DNA of 64,000 nucleotides, from contig OX597824.1 of assembly GCA_951406725.2 (NCBI GenBank), forward strand, positions 50,530,001 through 50,594,000, in the 5' to 3' direction. The position numbers were made by a program, and so were the translations under genes. Under the pieces are notes generated by a model. It made no database searches, was not told the DNA's origin, and was given only the letters and a program-made list of their open reading frames with translations. How positions within the stretch are numbered: the stretch's first letter is position 1; each line of letters starts with the position of its first letter. Below, in pieces: positions 1 to 14,812 of the stretch. The stretch comes from Octopus vulgaris. Its lineage: Eukaryota.

Positions 1-689
1 AAACGATATTCTCCGTTTCTCCACAACTAATTTCTAAATTAGCTGAACCCGTTGCTCTACTCATAGCGATACAACTGATCGTGCGTGAAAATGGAAGAGA
101 GCAGAGGTTACCAGAGCAAAAGACCTACGTGTTGACTGTAGACACGCTCCTTCGCAAACGATCAGCTATTATTTTGTAAACAATGTTTCTTCTTGTTACA
201 AAACTTACGTCCGGGTGCCAAATTTGCTTTAATTGATGGTATTACTCGGGTAGAAGGTGGTGGTGGGACAGTGACAGGGGCAAAGGCGTGCAAAAACATG
301 AATGCAATAGGTGCATGTACGTATATCTTTGTGTGTGTGTATGTGTGTGTGTGTTGCCCATATATATATACTTAGTTGTGATCTGAACATAACCGCTTCT
401 CCCACAGAGAACCGGGGGCCCTTTTGGGTGTTCTATTTTTTGGGCTTTCTATTCCTTGCTGGAAGGGTTCTCAACCCATGGGCAAAGTGGGGTTACATGA
501 TAGGGGTGGTGTTTTCAAAAGGGTTGACGTATGCAACCTGGTCACCTCTGCTGTTCAAACTCCCAACCTATGCGCTGCCATCGCGACACAGTTTCTGCAG
601 AACTGGGTTGGATATAAAAACCAACTTTAAAGTATAAATATAGATGTTTTTGAATCAGCAATGCTCGGTTAAGTTCTATTTGGGGTGAA

Positions 690-1104
690 AAATCAATAAA
701 CTATTTCCTTATGGGGTTTTCCATTTAATCAGGATAAAAAAAAATGATAAACCGATTCCTTATAGGACTTTCCCCTAAAATTGGTTATACCTCATTTTCA
801 ACCATAACGTCTACCAATTTTGATGTATTTTGTTCAAACTTGATGCCAGCATTACTTACGACACATGGGATCTTTGAATGCTTTAAGTTCTCCAAAAACG
901 AAAAAAAAAAAAAAAACAATCGATAAACCGATTCCTTATGGGATTTCCCAATCAAATTGTCTGCAATATTTCAGCCAAAAGTTTACCAATTTCAACGGAT
1001 TTCACTCAAATTTGACGTCGATGTTACTTAGTTTGCTTTGAAATAAAGAGCTTGATTAGCTTAATAACCCTAATTTAATCCCGTGCAAAGCCGGGCTATA
1101 CTGC

Positions 1105-1107
<3 letters not shown>
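690..1107 (+). mobile_element. Non-autonomous Helitron-like element, 3' portion
   Basis: Ends in a GC hairpin (CCCGtgcaaagcCGGG), then CTAG (1104-1107) followed by T. About 120 bp of the 3' end matches 1599-1720 in inverted orientation. The 5' limit is approximate. Confidence 0.65.
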
Positions 1108-1141
<34 letters not shown>

Positions 1142-1598
1142 TATGCATTTATCTATGTATTTGCATTTGTAAAGTTTAGCTTGACTATTCAGTCGTATCA
1201 CACGCATACGTACACACACACACGTACACACACATACACACACACACACAGACACACACACACACACACAGTCGCACGAATACACTCACGTGATGAACAT
1301 ATTTTTAACCTATATTTTCATGAATTTTTGATTCTTGGGATTAGTAAAGTCCCAGATAAAATGTTTTGTGCTACTAACACCCTTTTCTTTACGATATGTT
1401 TCAAAATCTTGTAGTGTCTAAGTTTTGCTTTTTTTTAAAGTTTCAGTGTTTCATAACATAAATACCACTTATACACTTAGGGCTATAAATAATTTCGATC
1501 TTGCCCCAAATTTCTGATAATGTTTTTATGTTAGAATCTATTTCGAATAAATAGCGTCTTACTGCACACTTCTGACTTATTTCATCGTTTATCTTTTA

Positions 1599-1730
1599 CT
1601 AGCAGTATAACCCGGCCTTGCCCGGGATTAAGTTACGATTATTAAGCTAATCAAGTTCTTTATTTCAAACCAAACTAAGTAATATAGACGTCAAATTTGG
1701 GCGAAGTCCGTTGAAATTAGTTATATTATA

Positions 1731-1787
<57 letters not shown>

Positions 1788-2701
1788 ACATATATATATT
1801 ATATATATATTATATATATTATATATATATAATATAATATAAATATATATGGCCAACAGACACGAACACACATACACACACGTACGTACGTACAAATATT
1901 GCATGTTTTGGGCACGCATACATCTTCATAAATATAAATAAATGGAAAAAATGTTGTTAATTTAGATTAACACTCGCACAATTTTCGCTAAGAAAAAAAT
2001 GGTTCTTTATTTTGGCATGGAATCAACTACTCTGGCCTCAAAACATTTTTTGTGGTCCGTGAATCGGAGTGGGGTGTGATGGAAGCCTCGCAAATTGTAC
2101 ACATTTATATTGTGTAATTCACTGACAAATTGTTAAACACCTCTTTGTTTCTTTGTTGTTAAATAAATGGATTGTCAACAAAGCACTTTTTTACTCGGCG
2201 TAAAATAAAAACAAAACTCTTTCGCACCGAAAGTAATGTGTGTGAGAGAGAGGGGGGGAGAAAGAACGATTTAAAAGAAATAAATGATTTAAAATAAATA
2301 TATTGTAATTGTTGTGTGAGAAAGTATATATACTATGATTATAAAATATAGTATGCCTTTCAAAAACAAAAAACAAAACATTTTACATTTTATTTTTCCT
2401 GAACGTAGTCACTTACTCTCTGTCTCTCTCTCCCTCTCTCACTTTGTCTTTCCCGTGAAACTCTCTGCCGCCTTCTTCCACTTTTCTTTATCTTTTTTTT
2501 TTGTTAGACGCCATCAAAAAAGCTATGGCTGATATTTTTCATGGCTAAAAGCTATGTCTGAAAATAGATATTTACGTTATCCACGGGTGCCTCGGGGAAA
2601 AAAATAAGTTGACAAAACCCAGATAGAATGTTGACAAATGTCCTCCTAAAATTGGAGCGACATGCGTGCTAATTTGTGGACGTGCATAAATTACAATGAC
2701 G

Positions 2702-2747
<46 letters not shown>

Positions 2748-2774
2748 CACATATCCTCCCTTTTATAGATATGA
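1599..2774 (-). mobile_element. Complete non-autonomous Helitron inserted into a SINE end
   Basis: Minus strand starts TC-ATATCTATAAAAGGGAGG followed by (GT)n and ends CCCGGgcaaggCCGGG hairpin plus CTAG. It sits between A and T with no TSD. Removing it restores the SINE end TCTTTTA|TTTGTTTCAGTCATTTG. Confidence 0.75.
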
Positions 2775-3070
2775 TTTGTTTCAGTCATTTGATTGCTGCC
2801 ATGCTGGGACACCGCACTGACGAGTTTTTAGTCAAACAGCTCGACCGCTTGACATTTTTCAAGCCTATTACTTACGCCGAACCGCTAAGTTACGGGGACC
2901 TAAACACACCAACATCGGCTGTCAGGCGGTGATCACACGCACACACACGTATGTATATATACGACGAGCTTCTTTCAGTTTCCGTCTTCCAAATTTACTC
3001 ACAAGGCTATAGTAGAACCCGGAATGATGTGGTTAGGAAGCAAACTTATTACCACACAGCCAAGCCTGTT
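2775..3070 (-). mobile_element. Abundant octopus-type SINE (degenerate copy)
   Basis: Matches the better copy at 45840-46300 (tgtttcagtcatttga..gccatgctgg, gccgaaccgctaag, ctttcagtttccgtct, cttaccacacagcc). Confidence 0.7.
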
Positions 3071-3094
3071 AAAAAAAATAGAAAATTATCAAAG

Positions 3095-3335
3095 TTCTTC
3101 TCGAGTCATAGTCTCATAAGGCCGGTTTTCCAGATTCTGTGGGGTATATATTCACCCCAGGATGGGTCACCAGTCTGTCACAGGATTACTCATTTTGCCA
3201 GCTGAGTGGAGTGCAATAACCTGAAACGAAGTATTTTGTTCAAGAACACAACGTATCCCCCTGTTCAGGAATCGAAAGCCCAATCTTACGCTCATGAGTG
3301 CAACACCATAACCACTTAGCCACTCGCCTCCACAC
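3095..3335 (-). mobile_element. tRNA-derived SINE with V/Meta-like central motif
   Basis: Minus strand has an A-box-like GTGGCTAAGTGG, a B-box-like TTCGATTCC, then CCTGTGACAGACTGGTGACCCATCCTGGGG. A related head lies at ~15048-15190 (+). Confidence 0.5.
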
Positions 3336-4314
3336 AGCTCCTGTTTCATACTATATATATACTGTGGTTGGGAAGCAAACTCCCTCCTACACAGCCACAC
3401 CTACGCCTAAATGCAGTTTTTTCCCCCCACTTCGTCAGTGATTGGTTTCTCGTTTCTTAAAGAGAAACAATAACTGTATAGCTGTGTATAAAATGTACAA
3501 ACTTAGATAAAAGTCTGTTCTAATTTGCAAGTGAAGTCGTTAACATCGCGAATAAATATTAGAAAGCGGTAAAAGAAACTGTACTAATTACTTCTCTCTC
3601 TTTTTCAACGCACTCGCAGAAATATGGTTTAGCAACAGCAGTTATATTTCACAGCAAGATGTAAAATGTGTCAATTTTATAACACATACTAGAAAGTTAA
3701 TCTGATATTTGAATTATCTTAACGTTGTGTAGTGTTTCTATTAACTAAATATTCAGGTTGCCAACACTTACTGTGTTATGCAAATTAGGCCAGACCACTT
3801 TATTTGTGTTCGAGTTGGTTCTTACCGTAATAACTACCAACTATTGATTATTCTAGGATCAGTAAAATATGGAAACAATAGTTAAAATGTAGGAAAACGA
3901 AGAAATCAGTCACATTTTTTAAAAACATGCTATTGAACCATAGCATCTACTCTCCAGAATGATGCATTTTTACTAAAACCACATGCTTGTGAGTTTGCTG
4001 CTTTGTTCATCGTAACGCAGTATAGTGCTTCTCTGTCTCCTCTTCCCCGCCTGTGTGTGTAAGTATGTGTGTTAGAATATCATAGTGACACTACAGGAGA
4101 TAAAAACTTGACATGGCCGATTCAGTACGAAATGAACTATAAAAATGAAAACAGAATAAGAGTTGAAGTTCTAACTAGTCTTGCGATATTTCGATCTGAT
4201 GACTCGGGATATGTGGAGAAATGAGAGATGGGATAAGTTTCCAAGAAGGGAAATCAGCATGAACGTCAGGCTCTTTTCATTCAAACTTAAAACAGTGTGA
4301 GCGTACCCCAACTT

Positions 4315-4625
4315 TGATCTGTTTCAGTCGTTTGACTGTGGTCATGCTGGAGCACCACCTTGAAGACCTTTTAGTTGAATGAATCGAATTCAGAACTTAT
4401 TGTTTTAAAAAGCATGGTACTTATTCAACCAATCTCATTCAATTCGTGACCATTGCATCTTTTTATTCCTTTCAGTTTCATTGTATCTAGAAATTCATTG
4501 TCCAATATGTTCTTTGTAAGCCTGGTACTTATTCTATCAGTTTCTTATGGCTGAAACTCTAGGTTACGGAAAGTAAACAAACCAACACCGATTATCAAGC
4601 GGTGGTGGGGGACTCGGGCACAAAG
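4315..4625 (-). mobile_element. Octopus-type SINE fragment
   Basis: gtttcagtcgtttgactgtggtcatgctggagcacc ... gtacttattctatc ... caagcggtggtgggggac. Confidence 0.65.
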
Positions 4626-5194
4626 ACACACATGCGCACAAAGATATATGCGCACGCAGAAATTCTATTCTTAGAATTGATAGAAATTCTTTCTCGAAGC
4701 ATATCCTGCTAACTTTACAAAACATTATAAGCGTTATAGGTCTCTAATCACTACTATATCTGACAAAAACAATAAGATATTGAAATATGGTTGTCTTTCA
4801 TCGTATATCTGTTCTCTTACGGTCGAACTTTGAACTGACCTTGGGCTAAATAGCAACCACTGTTCATACAATGTCTAATACACTGCATGAGGTTGGTTTA
4901 ATGTTTCACTGATGAAATATTATTTGTACGATGAACCCATCTTTGATACAGCATGAATATTTTCTACCGAACAGTAATTCTGCTTCCCAACTAACAACTG
5001 TCTGCTATAAGTTTGATATATAATTTCTTGCAGTTTAACTTGCAGTCAAGCTGTGAAAACTGTGGCATCTGCCATAACTTAGGATGATGGGTGCGCGTGC
5101 CGAAAATATCGTTGTATTTTTTTTAAGAGAATTGCTTTCACATTTGCTTGATTCGACATAAAGTAATATACGCCTTGTTGGTGTCACATCTGTT

Positions 5195-5306
<112 letters not shown>

Positions 5307-5325
5307 AAATTATTCCAAAATTATT

Positions 5326-5356
<31 letters not shown>

Positions 5357-5378
5357 GTATGTATGTATGTATTTGTGT

Positions 5379-5418
<40 letters not shown>

Positions 5419-5469
5419 GTATAGACATATATGTATATGTATATATATATATGTGTGTGTATATATGTA

Positions 5470-5513
<44 letters not shown>

Positions 5514-5556
5514 CATACATATATACATGCACACACATATATATGCATATATATAC

Positions 5557-5598
<42 letters not shown>

Positions 5599-5669
5599 GT
5601 GTGTAGGAAAGAGTCTGTGTATGTGTGTGTGTATGAACGAACATAGACACACTCATATTTATACCCCGT

Positions 5670-5920
5670 AATGCTGCACGAGCGAGTCCTGTCTCTAACC
5701 AGTTCGAGTGACAGATGCTCGACAGGCGCCATGTTTGATTAGTGTGACAAGGATATGGTGTGGTTGCTGCGTGGTATTATAGAGAATGATGTGGTGAGAT
5801 ATGGGTTGAAGCAGATCAGCCCACAGGAGAACGCCTGATCGGTGTCCTTCGGTGTTTCCTCACGGCACGGTTGACCGCATAACTAAATGGTTGGATGACT
5901 ATCGATATAGCCGAACGAAT
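5670..5920 (-). mobile_element. Degenerate RTE-like LINE 3' fragment
   Basis: Non-microsatellite island whose minus strand resembles the RTE C-terminal 'RLRxFGHI..R' region. Heavily decayed. Confidence 0.35.
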
Positions 5921-6649
5921 ATGATCTATGTTTTGGACATTTTGTTCTTATAAACTGACCTTAACAATATCTCTTTCATCCCCCAATTCTCTCTCCCTCC
6001 ATTCTCTCCATTCTCTTTCATATACACGTTCACACACACACTTTCACAGTCCTGTTTTAATCAATGTTTTTCATTTTAATCATATTCTTCTTTTTAATTA
6101 TACACCCACACATACGTTAATATATATATATCTATTCAGACGTATAAGAAGATTTACATACTTAAATAGGAGTAGTCATATATGTGAAGTTAATTATTCT
6201 GCTTCGAAACCAGATGGTTTCGGGTTCAATCCCATAGCATAATTTCATAGGTATGTGCCTTCCACTATAACTCTGGGCCGTTCAAAGCCTTGTGAGTGGA
6301 TTTGGTATACTGACACACAGGTACATACACACATGCACACACACACACACACATACAAACACATATGTGTGTATATCTATGTGCGAATGTAGATGCTTGT
6401 GTATGTTTGTATCTCACCATATCTTGTCTCTGCGTGACATCAGTTCACAATCTGTGTTCGTCAACGTCACAAATAACCTAGCGTTTCAGTAGAATAGAAA
6501 CCGAATAAGAAAAAAGTATTAGAACCGATTTGATTAAGAAAAATCTTTCAAAGATACGCTCCAGTATGGCTGCAGTCCAGTGACTGAAACCAAGAACAGA
6601 GTATACATGCATAGCTGTTTGGTAAATGTTTGTAACTAATAGTATACAA

Positions 6650-6975
6650 ACATACATACATACATACATACATACATACATACATACATACATACATACA
6701 TACATACATACATACATACATTCATGCATACATGATAGTTGACTACTCCTTATGCAGAGTGACCACCTCCTGTACCTTAGAACCATCATGGTACCTGAAG
6801 CAGCGTTTTAAACCAGACAATGTTTTGAAAATACACCCACATAAATTGCATATCCGACTGGGACCACCAAGAGTTGCAGATAAGTTCTGATCTTTGTGGA
6901 TCTTAAAATGTCTTTTGAGACCTCCGTCAGATTTGCAAACCTTTTGGCATACATTGCATTGAAAGGTGTATACAG
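6650..6975 (-). mobile_element. 5'-truncated RTE-type LINE end with two C2H2 fingers and (ATGT)n tail
   Basis: ORF 6743-7078(-) contains FQCNVCQKVCKSDGGLKRHFKIH and ICNLCGCIFKTLSGLKRCFRYH, then a stop, a short UTR and a tetranucleotide tail. Confidence 0.55.
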
Positions 6976-8017
6976 ACAGGTAGAATACACACGCATACAT
7001 ATATCTACGTTTATATAAATCTATATACGTTTGTATACGTTTATAAAGATATAAGCGAATATACATAGATATGGCCACCTATATATTAAGAAATGGTGAC
7101 AGAACAACTGTCTAATTAATGACTACTAATGAAAAATGTATAAACCAACGATTCGACCTATGGATTAATGTAAATCCCAAATAATACCTTTGTAAAACAT
7201 TGTAAAATCGGTCAATGTAAAGGATAGTCATATACTGAAAAAAGAATCCGCGCCGGAGTATCTAAAGGTGCTTCGTCTGACAATCGCATTGCTGTGAAAC
7301 TCGAGTAAGGAAAATTATTTGTTTCACACACACACACACACACACATGACATCGAGAAAGCGATTGTATGGTGGCGCTAAATTAGAAGCCCGCGGGGGAA
7401 AAGAACAGCAGGGCGCCCTAAAACCACATGGTTAAGGGTCGTCATTGACAAGGAAAAGAGACGAAAAGGGTGTAGAAGCTAGAATGAGACCAGAACAGTG
7501 GCAGCAAACATAGTTAGTTGGAGACATCCTGTTACGGCATTATGGCACGAAGTGAACTAATATATACGTATATATGTTTATAAGCACACACACGTATTTC
7601 GTTTAAATGGTTAGTAGGTTCACCTCCTAATTTCCAATTGTACCTATATTTGTCACCTGACAAAGTAGGTGAGAAGAACATTGGATTACCTCGTGATCCT
7701 AAATTTCTTATTCCTATTCTTTCACATGAAACAGGATACTTATTGATGGGTACCTGCTAAAAACAGTAGCTGAAAGTTCCATATGCAACTTTTATAGAAG
7801 GGACATATTTGGTAACGCTGTAGGCTATGTTTTAATAAAATTTTCTCGATCACCAACACAAAGAAATTGGATCGAGTTTATTTGATTGAATACTCAGAAA
7901 ACTGTGAACTCCTAAACATTTCCCTAGTCTCACAAACCCTTAACTCTCTCTCCCCACGAGTATTAATCGCATATTATGAAAATTCGCAGCGTCTAACGCA
8001 GTTATTACAGAGCCAAT

Positions 8018-8696
<679 letters not shown>

Positions 8697-9338
8697 ATGC
8701 TGTCTCTCATTTCTCTCCTAATATTTTAAAAGGTGATTGGCGTGGCCATTAACGACCACCTCCTTTTACCACTTAGACATTTTTTCACCTTTCCTCGGCG
8801 TAGAACCAACGCCGATCATCCGAAACCAGAGATCAACTCTTCGACGTGATGAACCAGTATAAATGAACAAAGGAAATAACAGACACAACAACAGTTTAGA
8901 TAAAGCGGAAATCATTGACGCTGCTTCTATCGGCAATAAAAATAAAAACAAAGCAACTATGTCGACGAAATATACAGCAAAGCAAGCATTTAAGAAGAGG
9001 GGAGAATAGAATATTCAATAAACTACAAAAAAGAGCTTTCCTGCAACAGTCTACTCTCCACGTCAACAATCATCTCAAAACGCAATACACACACAAACAC
9101 ACACATACATATAGATACGTCCACATACTCACATATAGGAATATAAATGTGTATGTGTGTGTATGTGTGTGCATGTTTATTGGCAAAAATAACTTTGATT
9201 TTATGTGTATGCCTATCTGTCTATTTTGTTTAAACAGACAAAATCGTGTTTTAGAGAAACAAAGATATTACTTACATATCACTAGATTCATAGATTTAAA
9301 AGTTGGGATATTTCGCAAAATCTTGTTCCTCACTCACT

Positions 9339-9426
<88 letters not shown>

Positions 9427-9806
9427 ATCTCTCTCTCACACACACACAAACACGCTTACATATGTGTTGGTAGCTGTACTGAGTGTATTGTGTGTGCGTT
9501 GTGTGAGTGAATAGAGACGTGCTGGTGTCCAACGATGACTATAACCGATATAATAAAATCGGTAAAACCTAATACACATACACACATACATATGTGTATA
9601 CATATATACATACACACACACACATATATTTGCATATATACATACACAATCATATATATACATAAATTTATACATATACATCTATGTGTATGTATGTATG
9701 TATATATATATGCATATATATACATATAAATACACATATATGATATATATGTATGTATATATACGTATATATATATATACATACATATATATCATATATG
9801 TTTATT

Positions 9807-9880
<74 letters not shown>

Positions 9881-10549
9881 CGTACACATAGATGCATATG
9901 TACACACATACACACAGATACACTCACACATACATATATACAGTTATACAAAAGTGTTTGTGTGAGTGTATGCATGTATATATTTATTCTCATATATATA
10001 CATATATATATATATGTATATGTAAATATATATATATACATATGTATATATATCTGTGTCTATATATGTGTGTGTGTGTTTGTGTGCATATGTATATATA
10101 TATATATGTGTGTGTGTATACAGGGAGAGGGTGAGAGAGAAGAAGAGTTTGGGGGATAGTTAGGTAGCCGATATATAAACATATATGCATAAAATCGCCA
10201 TGCGTTGTTATGTGTAACTGTGTATACGTTTGTTTGTGTACCTACATAAATACGTAAATGTAGAGAGGATTTAACCGTTCTGCCAAGCATAAATATGGGG
10301 CAGGCGACGTTAGCAGACATAGCTGGAAATTAAGTATGGGTCTTTATACGCCATTACGGTTATCATTATAACAATACCATTAAGCAAGCTGGCATGGCAC
10401 CACCGTTATTGCCACTGCCACCATCGCTTCAGCATCACCAAAACAGTGACCTCCATAACCACCATCGCCACCACTGCAGCCACCACCACATCACCACCAC
10501 CACCACCACCACCTCCGCCACCGCCGCTGTCGCTGACAACAACAGCAAT

Positions 10550-10587
<38 letters not shown>

Positions 10588-11501
10588 GTAACAACTAACG
10601 CTATGAGCGTCACTACACCCATCAACAAAACCCCCACAACTACCATCAACACTGCTTACAACGCCATCTACAACAACAACAACAACAACAGGAACACCAT
10701 CATGAATACTACCACTAACAGCAACAAAGTTAGCAGCATCACGACTCTGCCATCATCAATACATACAGCAACAGCACCAATCGCCCACCAACACCACAAC
10801 TAGCAGCAGCAGCAGGACTATGGCCGCCACCACCTTCACACACAGTAGAAATATAAAAGCCACCACACAACCCCATCCCCGCCGTCAACACAATCGCCAG
10901 TGTCACCACCACCACCACCACCATCATCAACAACAACAACAACGAACAGCAGCATTAACAGTGATGACTATGGAGTTGGTGACCACCACCACCACCACCA
11001 CCACCGTTATAACCACCATACATCAACAATATCATCGTCACCAATATAAAAAAAAGGAGGGTTGTATCAAAACATCGACTGCGATAACAGCAATAAAAGA
11101 CAATTTAACAGAGATGGCGTTAAGCCAATGTGAAATTTCCTGTGGGTAATATATAATGTTTTATCGTCATCGATAATTTTCTACAGATTCGGATATTTCT
11201 TTGCAGCTTTTTCTGCTTTTTTATATATATATATATATATTTTGATTTTTTCTCCTTTTATCATATTGTTGATATTCCGCATGCATGTATCTATACATAA
11301 GTATACTTACGCAATATACATTAGTGTAAGTTAGTATATGTCTGTGCGTATGTGTGTAACTATGTATGACGCATGTATGTTGGTGTGCATATGTATACAT
11401 CTCTATTTGTTTATCTACCTCTTTTTCTCCGTGTGTATGTGTGTAAGTTTATTATATACACACACACGCTCCAGCCGCATATATAAATGTATATATATAT
11501 G

Positions 11502-11615
<114 letters not shown>

Positions 11616-12009
11616 CATCCATAATACGTATACATACATTCAATGCATACATACATACGCTCGTACGTTTCTGTACACGAATGAGGAATGTGCTATGGCG
11701 TGAAATAATGAATGCACTCACACTTTTACTAACGTAAATACGCAAGTGAGACACAGAAGCACAAAAACCCACGGACATATCCACTTGTATGTCCGTATAC
11801 ACGTTATATATTTGTATATAAAACCAAAATAATTTTGTATTTATGTAGATTTAGGTATATGATACTTATATATCAACACAGGTATATATGCAAATATATG
11901 AATATATGTGTCTACGCGCATGTAAAAAATATCCATACTCATATCCTTATATGTGTACGTATGTATTTATGTATGTGTGCATGTATGTATTTATGTATGT
12001 ATATATGAA

Positions 12010-12081
<72 letters not shown>

Positions 12082-12132
12082 ATCTATCGAATCTATCTAT
12101 CTATCATCTATCCCTCTCACTCTCTCTCTCTA

Positions 12133-12209
<77 letters not shown>

Positions 12210-12224
12210 CATCTATCTAAATAT

Positions 12225-12381
12225 AGCTGTGGCTGTGTGGTAGACGCTTGCTTCCCGGCGACAAGGTTTAGGGTTCAGTCCTACTGCGTGACGGATTGGG
12301 TAGGTGTGTTCCACTATAGCGTCGGGCCGACCAAAGCCTTGTGAGTTGATTTTGTAGAAGGAAACTGAAAGAAGCTCGTCC

Positions 12382-12470
<89 letters not shown>

Positions 12471-12680
12471 CATATGTGTGTATGCGTCAGCGTTTGTCCC
12501 CCACCATCACTTGACAACCTTAAGTATCCGTAACATAACGGTTCGGCATAATAGTTCAATAGAATATCTACGAAACTTACAAAGAACAAGTTATGAAGTC
12601 GACTTATTCGAATAAAAAACTTTAAAGGCAGTGCTCCAGCATGGTTGTAGTCAAATGTTTGAAACAGGTAAAGAATAAAA
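12225..12680 (+). mobile_element. Octopus-type SINE with internal (GT)n/(TA)n
   Basis: Head gtggctgtgtggtag..gggttcagtcc..cgaccaaagccttgtgagt; tail gctccagcatgg..gaaacaggtaaagaataaa. Confidence 0.7.
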
Positions 12681-12792
12681 TATATATATATATGTGTGTG
12701 TGTTTGTAAACACACACACACAGACATTGCTAACATCTGACGCTCTATTCCATCTCCTCTCACTTTCTGTCATTTGCCTGTTCGCCCGTTCT

Positions 12793-12833
<41 letters not shown>

Positions 12834-12839
12834 GTCCCT

Positions 12840-12887
<48 letters not shown>

Positions 12888-12953
12888 TCTGTTCTGTTCT
12901 TTTATTCCATTACTTGTTTCAGTCATTTGATTTCGGCCATGCTGGAGCATCGG

Positions 12954-13124
12954 TAGTCACTACAAGCATTTTTTTCTCTCCTTGTTTTTTTCTGTCTGCC
13001 TTTCTGTAGAAGAGCGTAGGGTCGAAACGTAAACGACTTTTTCAATTCTTGAGCGTTATACTAATACATCTGTTTGTTTCTACACCACCTCTCGTCGTCT
13101 TTTGTTTTTTTCGTGAACTCCCCC
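12954..13124 (+). mobile_element. PLE pseudo-LTR copy containing an HHR-like motif (13000-13035)
   Basis: Inverted homologue of 13978-14136 and 13268-13370. Motif CTTT CTGTAGA A GAGC gtag GGTC GAAA CG TA AACG. Confidence 0.65.
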
Positions 13125-13138
13125 TATATATATACATA

Positions 13139-13262
13139 TATATATGGCATATATATATGGCATATATATATGGCATATATATATGGCATATATATATGGC
13201 ATATATATATGGCATATATATATGGCATATATATATGGCATATATATATGGCATATATATAT
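13139..13262. repeat. 13-bp minisatellite (TGGCATATATATA)n, about 9 copies
   Basis: Read directly from the sequence. Confidence 0.9.
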
Positions 13263-13267
13263 ATATA

Positions 13268-14136
13268 GGGAGAATTCACGAAAAAAACAAAAGACGGAAA
13301 CAGGTGGTGCAGACAACAAACAGATATGAAAAATCTTTTATGTTTCGAGCCTACTTCTCTTCACCCCTATTCTCTTTCTCTTCTCTCTCTTACTCTCTTT
13401 CTCTTCTCTCTCTTACTCTCTTTCTCTTCTCTCTCTTACTCTCTTTCTCTTCTCTCTCTTACTCTCTTTCTCTCTTCTCTCTTAGATGAAGAGGGGAAGC
13501 GAAGAGAGAAGATTAATCACGGCGCAAACGGGAGTCTGGATGGCCTCTGTGCAAGGACAATCCGAACACGGACAGGTGTTGCAAAGAGTGACCGGTAGAG
13601 CGGAAATGGCGTGAGACCGGGGTGCCATTGCCGAGGCGGATACCTCGAAGTTGTTTCGCGAGCCCGTCAGCCAAGCGGCATCCTGTTTGTCCGATGTACA
13701 GGGAATAGCAGAGAGAGCAGGAGATACAACAGATGATATTGGTAGAAGTGCAGGTGAAGGAGTCGGTGATGCGATAGGGTCGATGATGGGTGCCGGTGAG
13801 GAGGGTGGTGTTGGAGAGGTAAGGACAAGTGCGGCAGCGTGGGCGGGAGCAGGGGAACGAGCCAGGTTCGGAGGTAGGGTTAGGGAAGAAGCTGTGGACT
13901 AAGAGGTCTCGTAAGTTGAGAGCTCGCTTGAAGGAGGGGAGGGGTCGGTTAGAGAAGATGTGTGAAGTGGACAGATCGGAGAGAATTCACGGAAAAAAAA
14001 CAAAAGACGAAGACAGGTGTATTAGTATAACGCTCAGGAATTGAAAAATTCTTTTACATTTCGAGCCTACGCTCTTCCACAGAAAGGAACACAGAAAGGA
14101 ACAAGGAGAGAAAAAAATGTGTAGTGGCTAACGATC
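13268..14136 (-). mobile_element. Truncated Penelope-like element: pLTR, GIY-YIG endonuclease fragment, partial pLTR
   Basis: Minus strand ~13975-13590 translates ...SFKRALNLRDLLVHS...SFPCSRPRCRTCPYL...FTCTSTNIICCISCSLCYSLYIGQTGCRLA...PVSRHF (PLE Cys knuckle plus GIY-YIG). It is flanked by direct repeats 14136-13978 and 13370-13268 that carry HHR-like motifs. Confidence 0.85.
14051..14086 (-). ncRNA. Type I hammerhead-like motif, atypical core
   Basis: CUUU CUGUGGA A GAGC guag GCUC GAAA UG UA AAAG; stem I CUUU/AAAG, stem II GAGC/GCUC. Confidence 0.55.
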
Positions 14137-14140
14137 TATC

Positions 14141-14194
<54 letters not shown>

Positions 14195-14195
14195 A

Positions 14196-14312
<117 letters not shown>

Positions 14313-14378
14313 GTAACCACATGTGAATCATTGGCGATATTTTTTCCTTCGTCTTCCTTTTCTATTGGACTTTCCTTT

Positions 14379-14413
14379 GTTTCTGAAGAAGAGCTTTGCT
14401 CGAAACGTTAAAC
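14379..14413 (+). ncRNA. Minimal type I hammerhead ribozyme
   Basis: GUUU CUGAAGA A GAGC uuu GCUC GAAA CG UU AAAC; stem I GUUU/AAAC, palindromic helix III ACGU. Host element 14315-14503, sister copy 57021-57210. Confidence 0.7.
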
Positions 14414-14498
14414 CACCTTTCTTTCCTTCCCTGAGCGTCTGCTAATACTTAACATGCACCACGTCCTCGCGTTGTTCTTTTTCTTGTGTTTGTTGTTT

Positions 14499-14588
<90 letters not shown>

Positions 14589-14619
14589 TTATATATATGT
14601 ATGTGTGGGTGTGTGTGTG

Positions 14620-14812
14620 CATATTGGGATGTAAAAACACCGGTGGTGGTATGTTTACATCTCTGTAACTTAGCAGTTTGGCAAAAAGGTCGATAGAATA
14701 AGTACGAGGCTTAAAAATAATGAGTACTGGGATCGATTCATTCGACTAAAATATTCTCCAAGGCGGTGCCACAGCATGGCCACATTCTAATGGCTGAAAC
14801 AAGTAAAAGAAA
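14620..14812 (+). mobile_element. Octopus-type SINE 3' half
   Basis: caccggtggtggtatgtttacatc...cgatagaataagtac...aaggcggtgccacagcatggcc...gaaacaagtaaaaga. Confidence 0.65.

Noticed and set aside
4195-4230. CTGATGA CTC...GAG AAAT as a hammerhead
   Set aside because: No proper GAAA-NUH register and no stem I.
5075-5115. GATGA TGGGTGCGCGTGCC GAAA ATATC GTT, an HHR-like remnant
   Set aside because: Core start and stem II are too degenerate to call.
6743-7078. Host C2H2 zinc-finger gene exon
   Set aside because: No TGEKP linker; the fingers end at a stop followed by an (ATGT)n tail, which fits a LINE 3' end.
7180-7315. GAAA CTCGAG TA AGGA, a palindromic helix III half
   Set aside because: No recognisable upstream CUGANGA box; possibly a decayed HHR but unsupported.
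13139-13482. Regular short repeats as a CRISPR-like array
   Set aside because: Contiguous 13-bp and 23-bp minisatellites without unique spacers, in eukaryotic context.
13651-13902. Plus-strand ORF (MFREPVSQ...)
   Set aside because: Antisense shadow of the PLE GIY-YIG coding strand.
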